Part shown: positions 1 to 8,732 of the stretch, piece after piece
How the letters are laid out: each line of letters begins with the position of its first letter
Numbering within the stretch: the stretch's first letter is position 1
Assembly: GCA_963713825.1 (NCBI GenBank)
Contig: CAVQNG010000014.1
Span: 54,366-118,365, forward strand
Origin: an uncultured Acidobacteriota bacterium
GTDB taxonomy: Bacteria > Acidobacteriota > Thermoanaerobaculia > Multivoradales > JAHEKO01
Direction of reading: 5' to 3'
DNA: 64,000 nt
Made by a program: the position numbers and the translations under genes
Notes under the pieces: generated by a model
What the model was told of the DNA's origin: nothing
The model's input: the letters and a program-made list of their open reading frames with translations, nothing else
The model's database searches: none

Positions 1-405
1 GAGATTGTGCCCACAGCCATGCCCCGCGGCTCCCTCCTCAAAGGGCTCCTGCGTCGGCTGGGCCTTTTGTGAGATGCCTGGTAGTGCGTCGTACTCACCC
101 ATGACGCCGATCACCGGCTTCCCCTTGCCGTAGGTCGCAACGAAAGCGGTCGGCATTTCCGCCACACCACGCTCGACCTCGAATCCCTGGGCTTCGGCAT
201 AGTCGGCCAACACGGCGGCCGACTGGACTTCGCGAAGCGCGGTTTCGGCGTAGGCCCAGATCTGGTCCGCCATCTCGATCATCTCGGGTTGCTGATTGTC
301 GATCGACGCCACGGCGGCCTGCTTGGCCTCGCTGGCGGCCTCTGTCGGCGCTGATACGGCCATCAGAAGGAGGGGCAGGATCAGGATGGTGAGGATTTTC
401 TTCAT
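1..405 (-). CDS. M20 family amidohydrolase (AbgB / aminobenzoyl-glutamate hydrolase-like), N-terminal part; 3' end lies beyond window start
   Basis: Reverse translation from ATG at 405 gives MKKILTILILPLLLMAVSAPTEA (signal peptide), then GKPVIGVMGEYDALPGISQ and GHGCGHNL, matching the N-terminal metal-site region of AbgB-type M20D hydrolases. Absent from the ORF track because the gene is partial. Its ATG overlaps the stop of the upstream S9 peptidase gene (ATGA). Confidence 0.7.
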   Translation of the reverse strand, partial: MKKILTILILPLLLMAVSAPTEAASEAKQAAVASIDNQQPEMIEMADQIWAYAETALREVQSAAVLADYAEAQGFEVERGVAEMPTAFVATYGKGKPVIGVMGEYDALPGISQKAQPTQEPFEEGAAGHGCGHNL

Positions 406-2462
406 GAGTCGTCTCCATTCAGGTACTTGTCGAACCATGCCAGATAGCGCTCGTAGAGATCCTTGTTGTACGAAGGTGTACCGATGCCGTGATACTCACC
501 GGGATAGACAACCAGCTCGGTGGGGACTCCCAGTCTCTTGAGCGCCAGGTAGAGCTGCTCCGAGTTGATGATCGGCACGTTCCAGTCCTTTTCGCCACCG
601 AGAATCAGGGTCGGGGTCACGACGTTCTCTACCTCGTTGAAGGGCGACATCCTCTCGTAGAGCTCGCGGGCCTCGGGCTCCCAGGGAAAACCGAGCTCGT
701 ACTCCCACCATCGCTGGTAGTGATCGTGGCCGTAGTTGACCACATAGAGAGTGGCGCTCGCGCCCGTAGCGGCGGCCTTGAAGCGATCGGTCTTGGTGAT
801 GATGTGGTTGGTTAGCATTCCGCCGTAGGACCATCCGCCCACCGCGAGGCGTTCGGGATCGGCCCAGCCCCGTTCGATGACCGTGTCGACCGCCGCCATC
901 ACGTCCTCGTAGTCTGGGCCACCCCAGTCCCGCCAGATCGCGAGACAGAACTCCTGTCCGTAGCCTGTCGAGCCCCTCGGATTGGGCATCACCACAACGT
1001 AGCCGTTGGCAGCGAAGAGCTGCTGCTCGAAGCTGAAGCTGAAGTCGTACTGGGCTTGTGGGCCGCCGTGAATCCTCAGAACCGCGGGGTAGCGTTGGCC
1101 CTCCTCGAAGCCCGGTGGTCTGACGACGAAGCTCTCGATCTCGGTGCCGTCTTTGCTCTGAAAGCGGATCTTCTCTACCTCACCCAGCTCAATGCCGGCC
1201 AGCAGCTCGGCATTGGTCTTGGACAGTTGCTCGAGCACTCCATCTTCGAAGAGGAAGATCTCGTCCGGCAGGTGCGGATTGCTGATTCGAGCAGCAATCA
1301 CGCCGTCGGATCCAAAGTCGAAGGCGCCGACGATATGGCGGCTCTGGATCAGCCGCTCCACCGGTCCACCCTCGGCCGAGATCCGCGCCAGGTTCTGCTC
1401 TCCACTGTCCTCGAGTAGGAAGTAGACCGCGTTCTCGTGGGGAGAGAATCGGGGGCTGTAGACCATCCGGTCCAGCTCTCGGGTCAGTACCTTGCTGTTA
1501 TCTCCACTCGAGGAGGAAACGGCCAGATGGTTCGTGCCATAGAGAGTGCGCGCCTTGGTTTCGATGTTCGAGGTGTGGGCGATCAGCTTGCCGTCGGGAC
1601 TCCAGCTGGGCGATGCATCCGGACCAGGGTTCTCGGTAATCTGCAGCAGCTCGGCACCTTTGTCGGTGTTGCTCGCGGAGACCACCCAGATATCGGTGTT
1701 GTAGTTGGAGTCCGGAGCCTCGGTTCGGTTGCTGGTGAAGGCGATCCGGCTGCCGTCGGGTGACCAGGCGGGCTGCGAGTCGTCGAAGTCTCCCGAGGTG
1801 ATCTGGGTCGTCTCCTTCTTCTCCAGATCGAAGACATAGAGATGATCGCGGCGACTGTCCAGGTAGCCGACATAGTCCTGCTTGAACTGCTGGCGCGTCA
1901 CGACCCAGGGCGGTGGAGTCTTCTTTTCGTAGTCGTCACCTTTCTCGTGAGCTTCCAGCTCCTCGGGCTTGGGATCCTTCAGCACGAGGACAAGCCTCTT
2001 GCTGTCGGGGGCCCACTCGAAGGAGCCAACGTCCTGTGCGGTATCCGTGACCTGCACACCCTCGCCTCCCTCGCGGAACAGGGTCCAGACCTGGGTCTTG
2101 CCTTCATCGCGGGCAGAAAGAAAGGCGAGGTACGTGCCGTCCGGGCTCCATCTGGGGCGCGAGGACGAGACGCTCTCACTCGTCAGAGGCTTGGCGTTGC
2201 CGCCGGTGCTCGGCACCATCCAGATCCGGGTGTTGGACTTGTCTTCCTCGAGATCCTGGGTCGTCACCGTGTAGGCGATCCATGTGCCATCCGGTGACAT
2301 CTGGGGATCGCCGACGTCGCCGATCCGAAAGTAGTCGTCGACCTCGAGAGGCCGAGGCTCAGTGGTTTTGCCAGCAGCTGTCTCTGCGGCCAGAGCAACC
2401 GCTCCGCTACCGGCCAGCAGAAGCAGAACGAGCGACAGAACGACCTTGGTTGTGGTCTTCAT
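402..2462 (-). CDS. S9 family serine peptidase (prolyl oligopeptidase / acylaminoacyl-peptidase type), secreted
   Basis: Start chosen at MKTTTKVVLSLVLLLLAGSGAVALA (signal peptide) inside the 402..2768 ORF. The N-terminal TolB-like beta-propeller has repeated SPDG motifs. The C-terminal alpha/beta-hydrolase domain has the GGWSYGG nucleophile motif and a peptidase_S9 His region. Confidence 0.85.
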   Translation of the reverse strand: MKTTTKVVLSLVLLLLAGSGAVALAAETAAGKTTEPRPLEVDDYFRIGDVGDPQMSPDGTWIAYTVTTQDLEEDKSNTRIWMVPSTGGNAKPLTSESVSSSRPRWSPDGTYLAFLSARDEGKTQVWTLFREGGEGVQVTDTAQDVGSFEWAPDSKRLVLVLKDPKPEELEAHEKGDDYEKKTPPPWVVTRQQFKQDYVGYLDSRRDHLYVFDLEKKETTQITSGDFDDSQPAWSPDGSRIAFTSNRTEAPDSNYNTDIWVVSASNTDKGAELLQITENPGPDASPSWSPDGKLIAHTSNIETKARTLYGTNHLAVSSSSGDNSKVLTRELDRMVYSPRFSPHENAVYFLLEDSGEQNLARISAEGGPVERLIQSRHIVGAFDFGSDGVIAARISNPHLPDEIFLFEDGVLEQLSKTNAELLAGIELGEVEKIRFQSKDGTEIESFVVRPPGFEEGQRYPAVLRIHGGPQAQYDFSFSFEQQLFAANGYVVVMPNPRGSTGYGQEFCLAIWRDWGGPDYEDVMAAVDTVIERGWADPERLAVGGWSYGGMLTNHIITKTDRFKAAATGASATLYVVNYGHDHYQRWWEYELGFPWEPEARELYERMSPFNEVENVVTPTLILGGEKDWNVPIINSEQLYLALKRLGVPTELVVYPGEYHGIGTPSYNKDLYERYLAWFDKYLNGDDS

Positions 2463-2527
2463 CAGAATTCCCCCCTGTGTAGCGCCCAACCTCGAAGAAC
2501 CGCAGGGTGGGCGAGAGCTCCAGACCT

Positions 2528-3580
2528 TCAAACCTCCAGAACGATCTTGCCGAACTGCTCGCCACTCTCGAGACGGTCGAGCGCCGCTTCGGCCTCGCTC
2601 AGCGGCCACGTCGAGTCGATCACCGGTTCCAGAGAATGGCCCTCGACTGCTGAGAGCATGTCGCGGAAGTCCTTGTCCGAGCCCATCGTGGAGCCGAGAA
2701 TCGAGATCTGCCGCCAGAAGACCTCGCGAATGTTCACGACCCCGTCGGCTCCGGTTGTTGCACCACACGCCACCACGCGGCCGCCATTGCGTGCCGCCGC
2801 GACGCTGGAAGGCCAGGTGGCCGCGCCGACAGTGTCGATCACGAGGTCAACCCCCCGGCCGTCGGTGAACTTGCGGACTATCCCAGCCACCTCGTCCTGA
2901 TCACGGTAGTTGATCCCAAGAAGGGCTCCCAACTCATCGGCGCGCTGAAGCTTCTCGTCCGAGCTGGAGGTCACAATGACTTTGGCATCCAGCAGCCGTG
3001 CCAGTTGGAGCGATGCGAGGGCCGCGCCGCCGCCTATGCCGTGAATCAGAACCGAGTCACCCATCCGCAGATCGCCGCGCGTCATGAGCATCCGCCACGC
3101 GGTCACATGATCCAGGCAGAGTGCAGCCGCCTGCACGAAGGAGAGGTGAGTCGGCTTCGGGTGGAGATTTGCAGCGGGCACGACGATCTTCTCGGCGTAG
3201 GTCCCAGGGATTCCTCGGCCCACCAGGTCGAAGCGAGGGCACTCGCTCTGCTGTCCACGCATGCAGAATTCACACTCGCCGCAGCCCAGTCCGGGGTTCA
3301 GAACCACCTCGGCGCCGACCTCGAGAGTGTCCACCTCCGGACCTAGAGCCGAAACGACGCCGGCCGCGTCGGAGCCGATGATCTGAGGCTCGGCCTCCGG
3401 GTTCGCTGCGTGGTGGGCTCGGGCGTAGAGATCCAGGTGATTCAGCGCCGCGGCGCGTATCTCGAGAAGAGCTTCGCCGGGGCCTGGAACGGGGTCAGGA
3501 ATCGATTCGACCGACATTACGGTCTGCGAGTCCTGTTTGACGAGCGTCGAGGCCAACATGTGCGAAGCAGAATACCGCAT
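2528..3580 (-). CDS. Zinc-type alcohol dehydrogenase / MDR-family NAD(P)-dependent oxidoreductase
   Basis: Contains GPGEALLEIRAAALNHLD, the catalytic-Zn ligand region GLGCGECEFC and the Rossmann motif IHGIGGGAALASLQLA. Start placed at MRYSASHM (ATG at 3580); an ML start at 3558 is also possible. Confidence 0.75.
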   Translation of the reverse strand: MRYSASHMLASTLVKQDSQTVMSVESIPDPVPGPGEALLEIRAAALNHLDLYARAHHAANPEAEPQIIGSDAAGVVSALGPEVDTLEVGAEVVLNPGLGCGECEFCMRGQQSECPRFDLVGRGIPGTYAEKIVVPAANLHPKPTHLSFVQAAALCLDHVTAWRMLMTRGDLRMGDSVLIHGIGGGAALASLQLARLLDAKVIVTSSSDEKLQRADELGALLGINYRDQDEVAGIVRKFTDGRGVDLVIDTVGAATWPSSVAAARNGGRVVACGATTGADGVVNIREVFWRQISILGSTMGSDKDFRDMLSAVEGHSLEPVIDSTWPLSEAEAALDRLESGEQFGKIVLEV

Positions 3581-3771
3581 ATTCACTGGAAAAGAACTGG
3601 TTTCGCTCGACGCAGAAGGAATCCTGTATGCTCGCCCTACTGATCGCCGCCAGGAGCGCAACATCGGGCCCGGAGACACGTAGTAACAAGTCAACAGGGG
3701 TAGACTTGCGGGCTGGCAGGCGCCAGGAGGGGCGAGCCTGCGCCCTGATCGACGAAAAAGAGAGGAAATTC

Positions 3772-4965
3772 ATGAGGTTTCTTGCATCCGGAATGCGACT
3801 CCTGCTCGTGCTTTGCCTATTGCTGTCGCTAGGACTCACGACTGCCTGCAACCGGTCGGACGATGCTGGCGGCGGCGACGAAACCGAGGCGGTGGACGGC
3901 GACTCGGACTCGAACGAGGACCGGGACTCCAAGAAGAGCAAGAAGAAGGACAAGAACGGCGAAGAAGAGGAGGGTGACGAGGAAGAGGCCGTACCGATCG
4001 AGGTGGTCGCCCTGGAGCGCGGCAAGATCGAGTCGCTGCTGCGTTTCTCGACGAATCTAGAGGCCGAGAACGAGGTCCAGGTCTTCTCCGAAGCCGAGCG
4101 CAAGGTCACTCGACTGCTGGTAGAGGAGGGTGACGATGTCAAGAAGGGCCAACTGCTCGTCAGCCTTCAGGATGAAGCTCAGCGCACCGAGGTGGCGCGG
4201 GTAGAAAGTCAGCTTGCCAAGGCCAAACGGGAATACGAGCGGCAGACCAACCTGTGGGAGCAGAAGCTGATCAGCGAAGAGACCTATACCGAAGCGACCC
4301 ATACTCTGGAGCAGCTGGAACTGGCTCTGCGGGACGCCAAGCGAGAACTCGCCTATACAGAAGTGAGAGCCCCGATCAAGGGAACGATTACCGAGCGGTT
4401 CGTAAACGTCGGCGACCAGGTGACGGTCAATCAGCATCTGTTCGATATCGTCGATTTCGATTCCATCGTCGCCCGGGTGTACGTACCCGAGAAGGAGCTG
4501 CATCGACTGAAGCCGGGCCAGGTGGCACGTCTTTTTGCCGAGGCTGCGGGGGCCGAAGCGCGAGCCGGGGCGGTCGACCGCCTGGCTCCTCGAGTCGATC
4601 CCAAGAGTGGCACGGTCAAGGTAACCGTGGCGATCCCACGCGGTGAGAATCTTCTTCCTGGCATGTACGTCACTGTCGAGCTCATCACCGAGGTTCATGA
4701 GGACGCCGTGTTGGTGCCCAAGAAAGCCTTGGTCTACGACGCCGACCAGATCTTCGTGTTTCGCATGAAAGACGACGAGACCGTAGAGAGACTGCTGATC
4801 CAGGCTGCCCTTCAGGACAGGGACAACATCGAGCCGGCCGGCATCCTCGAAGCCGGCGACCGAGTGGTCGTCGGCGGCCAGTCGAGCCTCAAGGATGGCT
4901 CGATGGTGAGGCTGGTCGGAGCCGACCGACCGGAAGAAGAAGGTGCGGAAGAGGAGGCTAGCTAG
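3772..4965 (+). CDS. Efflux RND transporter periplasmic adaptor subunit (membrane fusion protein), lipoprotein
   Basis: Starts MRFLASGMRLLLVLCLLLSLGLTTAC (lipobox-like) with a GAGAGG-type RBS at 3758-3766. HlyD-like coiled-coil and beta-barrel segments follow. There is a D/E/K-rich low-complexity linker after the signal peptide. Sits directly upstream of two RND permeases. Confidence 0.85.
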   Translation: MRFLASGMRLLLVLCLLLSLGLTTACNRSDDAGGGDETEAVDGDSDSNEDRDSKKSKKKDKNGEEEEGDEEEAVPIEVVALERGKIESLLRFSTNLEAENEVQVFSEAERKVTRLLVEEGDDVKKGQLLVSLQDEAQRTEVARVESQLAKAKREYERQTNLWEQKLISEETYTEATHTLEQLELALRDAKRELAYTEVRAPIKGTITERFVNVGDQVTVNQHLFDIVDFDSIVARVYVPEKELHRLKPGQVARLFAEAAGAEARAGAVDRLAPRVDPKSGTVKVTVAIPRGENLLPGMYVTVELITEVHEDAVLVPKKALVYDADQIFVFRMKDDETVERLLIQAALQDRDNIEPAGILEAGDRVVVGGQSSLKDGSMVRLVGADRPEEEGAEEEAS

Positions 4966-4972
4966 AAAGAAT

Positions 4973-5105
4973 GCAATGAGGCATTGAGGCAGTGGGGCAG
5001 TGAGGCCACGCAAGCTTGAAGCGGCCGGCGCCCCTGCCGGCCAGACCCCGCAATCTCCATGCCCCTACACCCCCTAAGCCCTTAAGCCCCTAGGCCCCTA
5101 CGCCC
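4973..5105. repeat. Intergenic short tandem repeats and GC hairpin between adaptor and RND genes
   Basis: Four tandem 8-mers aNtgRggc at 4973-5007. A 7-bp GC stem GGCCGGC/GCCGGCC at 5023-5042. Roughly five copies of a gcccctaN motif at 5061-5105 running into the RND ATG. Confidence 0.4.
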
Positions 5106-8100
5106 ATGACCACCACCGACACCACCAGAACCACCAACTCCAGCGGCCTTTCCACCTTCACCACGCGACGGCCGGTGGCCATCACCATGGTCTTCGTGGC
5201 GGCGGTCGTTTTCGGCTACTTTTCCTACGGTCGGCTGCCGGTCAACCTCATGCCGGAGCTGTCCTATCCCACGATCACGGTGCGCACGGAGTACCCGGGC
5301 ACAGCGCCGGAGGAGGTGGAGAATGACATCAGTCGCCCGGTGGAAGAAGCCCTGGGTGTGGTCGGCGGGCTGCGGCGCATCAGCTCGATTAGCCGCGCCG
5401 GAGTGAGTGACGTCGTCCTGGAGTTCACCTGGAATACCTCCATGTCCGAGGCGATCCAGGACTCCCTGGAAAAACTGGACCTGATTCTCTTGCCGCAAGA
5501 GACCGAGAGGCCCCTGATCCTGCGGTTCGATCCCTCGCTGGATCCGGTCATGGAGCTCAGTCTCTCGGGCAGCGGCAATCGCTTCGAAGGTGAGGAGGGC
5601 CTGCGGCGCCTACGGCGCATCGCGGATCTGCAGATCAAGCGATCCCTGGAACCGATCAAGGGCGTGGCGGCAGTCCGAGTCCGCGGTGGCCTGGAAGAGG
5701 AGATCCACGTCCTACTGGACGAGGTGGAGCTGCGTCGGACGGGCCTGTCGATCCAAACGGTCATCGACCGCCTGGCACAGGAGAACATCAACCTTGCCGG
5801 TGGAACCTTGACCGAGGGGCGCACCGAATACATGGTTCGTACCCTGAACGAGTACGAGAACCTGGGGCAGATCTCCGACACGGTGGTGGCCCGCTACGAG
5901 GGCCGGGAAGTCCGCGTGCGAGACATCGGTACCGTCGTCAGGGCGCACAAGGAGCGTGAGATCCTGACGCGCACCAACGGGATGGAGAGTGTCCAGCTCG
6001 ACATCTTCAAGGAAGCCGATGCCAATATCGTGGCGCTGGCGAAGCGGGTGACGGAGGCGCTCGGCGAGTTCGATCTCGAGAAGGCGAAGCTGGAAGCCGA
6101 GCAAAAGGCGCAAGGCCAAGAGCAGGAAGACGAGAAAGAGACCGATAAAGAGGCCGGCTGGTGGCAAAAGAAGGGCAAGAAGAAACCGCCACCGCCGCCG
6201 GGGCTGATCGAGCAGGCCTGGCTCAACGAGGGGGCCGAGCTGACGCTGGTGGCTGACCGCTCGCTGTTCATCGAAAGCAGCATCAAGGAGGTCCGTAATA
6301 CTGCGATCATCGGTGGGATGCTGGCCGTGTTGGTGCTCTTTCTTTTCCTCAAGGACCTGCGGACGACCGCCATCATCGCCATCAGCATCCCCATTTCCCT
6401 GTTGGTGACCTTCGCCCCGCTCAACATGCTCGGCGTGAGCCTCAACATCATGTCGCTGGGTGGCCTTGCGCTGGGCATCGGCATGTTGGTCGACTCCTCG
6501 ATCGTGGTACTGGAGTCCATCTTCCGGTGCCGCGAGGAAGGCGACGATCTAGAGACAGCTGCCAACAGGGGAACCTCCGAGGTACGAGGCGCGGTCGTCG
6601 CCTCGACGCTCACGACCATTGCAGTCTTCTTCCCGATGGTCTTCGTGGAGGGTGTTGCTGGGCAGGCTTTCGGCGATCTCGGCTTGGCGGTGGTGATCTC
6701 GTTGCTGGCTTCACTGGTTGTCGCTCTTTTCCTGATTCCGATGCTGGCCAGCCGCGAAGGCCTGCAATGGACCGAGACCAAGCCTCTCGAGACCCACTGG
6801 AGAGAATTTGGGGCCTGGCTCTCCCTGAAGAACGATTGGCAACGATTCCGCGCTGCAGGTGCCAAGCCGCGAGGCGCGGTGCGCAAAGTGCTTCGCTGGC
6901 TTGCTTATCCCCTGGCGGTTCTTTATCTGCTCTTGCGCTTTGTGATCGGAGCGGTTCTGGAGGTCATCGGAAAGACGAGTCTGGCCTTCTTTTTCGGCTT
7001 GATCTGGCTGGTTCGCAAAGTGATCGCTGCCGCCCTGGGAGCCGTCTTCGGTGGTCTGGTCTATCTGCCGGTCAAGCTGATGGATACTGCGCTGGAGGGC
7101 CTGCGCAGATGGTACCCAGGGGCTCTGAAATGGGCTCTGCACAACCCCATAACCATGTTCATCCTGGTGTTGGCCTCGCTGGCTGCGACGGTCTGGTTCG
7201 CTACCTCGCTTGGTACCGAGCTCCTACCGGAGGTTCGTCAGGGTGAGTTCACGGTCGAGGTCCAACTCCCTGTCGGGACTCCCATCGAAGCCACAGAAGA
7301 GATCGTCACGCCGATCGAAAAGGCGATTCTCGAGGAGAAGAAGTACATCGAGTCGCTGATGCTCACCGTGGGCTACGATGCGGCCTACTCGAATCGCTCT
7401 GACGAAGGGGAGCACACCGCGCGCTTCAAGATCCTGCTGGAACGGGCTGATCTGCGTCTCGAAGACGAGGTGATCCGTCGATTGCGAGCTCGGTTCGCGG
7501 AGATTCCGGACCTCGATGCCCGGGTGACGCGACCGGTGCTGTTCAGCTTCAAGTCACCCATCGAAGTCGAAGTTCACAGCGACGATCTGGTGCTGCTGCG
7601 ACAGCAGGCCGGCAGGGCCAAGGAGACCATGGCGGCGATGCCGCAGCTGGCGGATGTCGAGACGACCCAACGGCGTGGTGCGCCAGAGGTCCAGGTTGTC
7701 TACAACCGGGACCTACTCTCCCGCTACGACCTGAATCTCTCGCAGGTCGCTCGCTTGGTGAGAGACAAGGTGCAAGGGTTCGAGGCCACCCGCTTCAATC
7801 TCAAGGATCGCCGCATCCCCATCGTGGTGCGACTGAAGATGGAAGACAGGGAGACAGTCGAGGAGGTGGAGGGCATGATCGTCAATCCGGGAGGGGATCG
7901 GCCGATTCCCCTTTCGGCGGTGGCGACAGTAGAGCTCGCCGAAGGCCCGAGTGAAGTGCGCCGCATCGACGGACGTCGCGTCGCTCTGGTGACCGCGAAT
8001 ATTGCTCAGGGTTCGTTGGGTGGGGCCGTCGGGGCGATCAATGACGAGCTGAGCAGCATCAGTTGGCCCACCGGTACGACTTTCTTCATCTCCGGGCAGA

Positions 8101-8708
8101 ACGAGGAATGGGAGCGTAGCCGGGGGAGCCTGGTGCTGGCTCTCGCGCTGTCGGTCTTTCTCGTTTACGTGATCATGGCGGCACAGTTCGAGTCCCTGTG
8201 GCAGCCCTTGGTGATTTTGTTCACGATTCCACTGGCCTTCTTTGGCACCATGATGACTCTCTATCTTCTGGGGATCAGCCTGTCGATCGTAGTCTTTCTC
8301 GGCATGATCATGCTGGCGGGGATCGTGGTCAACAACGCCATCGTGTTGGTGGACTACATCAACGTCCTCCGAGGTCGTGGCATGGAGCTCATCGAGGCGG
8401 TCGTTACTGCCGGCTCCGTGCGGCTGCGTCCGATTCTCATGACGACTGCGACGACGACTCTCGGACTATTGCCGATGGCGTTGGGTCTTGGCGATGGTGC
8501 AGAGTTGCGGACTCCGATGGCGGTCACTGTGATCAGCGGACTGTTGATTTCGACCCTCTTGACTTTGTTCATCATCCCGTCGATCTACGCTCAGGTGAGT
8601 CGATTGCGGGGTCGCTTGATGGGCGAGGAAGTGTTTGAGAGCCAACCTGGGCGGTCGGTTGTGGGTGATGTGGCAGCGGCGGACGCTGCTTCCTTCGAGA
8701 GCGGCTAA
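5106..8708 (+). CDS. Efflux RND permease (HAE1 / AcrB-MdtB-like), unusually long at 1200 aa
   Basis: RRPVAITMVFVAAVVFGYFSYGRLPVNLMPELSYPTITV matches the AcrB N-terminus. 12-TM architecture with two large periplasmic loops. Extra inserts: a charged or proline-rich stretch (EQKAQGQEQEDEKETDK...KKGKKKPPPPPG) and a ~150-aa hydrophobic insert between the halves. Confidence 0.9.
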   Translation: MTTTDTTRTTNSSGLSTFTTRRPVAITMVFVAAVVFGYFSYGRLPVNLMPELSYPTITVRTEYPGTAPEEVENDISRPVEEALGVVGGLRRISSISRAGVSDVVLEFTWNTSMSEAIQDSLEKLDLILLPQETERPLILRFDPSLDPVMELSLSGSGNRFEGEEGLRRLRRIADLQIKRSLEPIKGVAAVRVRGGLEEEIHVLLDEVELRRTGLSIQTVIDRLAQENINLAGGTLTEGRTEYMVRTLNEYENLGQISDTVVARYEGREVRVRDIGTVVRAHKEREILTRTNGMESVQLDIFKEADANIVALAKRVTEALGEFDLEKAKLEAEQKAQGQEQEDEKETDKEAGWWQKKGKKKPPPPPGLIEQAWLNEGAELTLVADRSLFIESSIKEVRNTAIIGGMLAVLVLFLFLKDLRTTAIIAISIPISLLVTFAPLNMLGVSLNIMSLGGLALGIGMLVDSSIVVLESIFRCREEGDDLETAANRGTSEVRGAVVASTLTTIAVFFPMVFVEGVAGQAFGDLGLAVVISLLASLVVALFLIPMLASREGLQWTETKPLETHWREFGAWLSLKNDWQRFRAAGAKPRGAVRKVLRWLAYPLAVLYLLLRFVIGAVLEVIGKTSLAFFFGLIWLVRKVIAAALGAVFGGLVYLPVKLMDTALEGLRRWYPGALKWALHNPITMFILVLASLAATVWFATSLGTELLPEVRQGEFTVEVQLPVGTPIEATEEIVTPIEKAILEEKKYIESLMLTVGYDAAYSNRSDEGEHTARFKILLERADLRLEDEVIRRLRARFAEIPDLDARVTRPVLFSFKSPIEVEVHSDDLVLLRQQAGRAKETMAAMPQLADVETTQRRGAPEVQVVYNRDLLSRYDLNLSQVARLVRDKVQGFEATRFNLKDRRIPIVVRLKMEDRETVEEVEGMIVNPGGDRPIPLSAVATVELAEGPSEVRRIDGRRVALVTANIAQGSLGGAVGAINDELSSISWPTGTTFFISGQNEEWERSRGSLVLALALSVFLVYVIMAAQFESLWQPLVILFTIPLAFFGTMMTLYLLGISLSIVVFLGMIMLAGIVVNNAIVLVDYINVLRGRGMELIEAVVTAGSVRLRPILMTTATTTLGLLPMALGLGDGAELRTPMAVTVISGLLISTLLTLFIIPSIYAQVSRLRGRLMGEEVFESQPGRSVVGDVAAADAASFESG

Positions 8709-8732
8709 AACCAGGACAGCGAGGAGTCAGGC

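Noticed and set aside
95-418. 107-aa ORF METTHEENPHHPDPAPP...
   Set aside because: Off-frame relative to the clearly homologous M20 amidohydrolase coding frame on the same strand. Low-complexity composition.
5894-6886. 330-aa minus-strand ORF, and 9462..10943 (493 aa) likewise
   Set aside because: Antisense read-throughs inside the RND permease genes, typical of high-GC DNA. Ser/Arg/Pro-rich.
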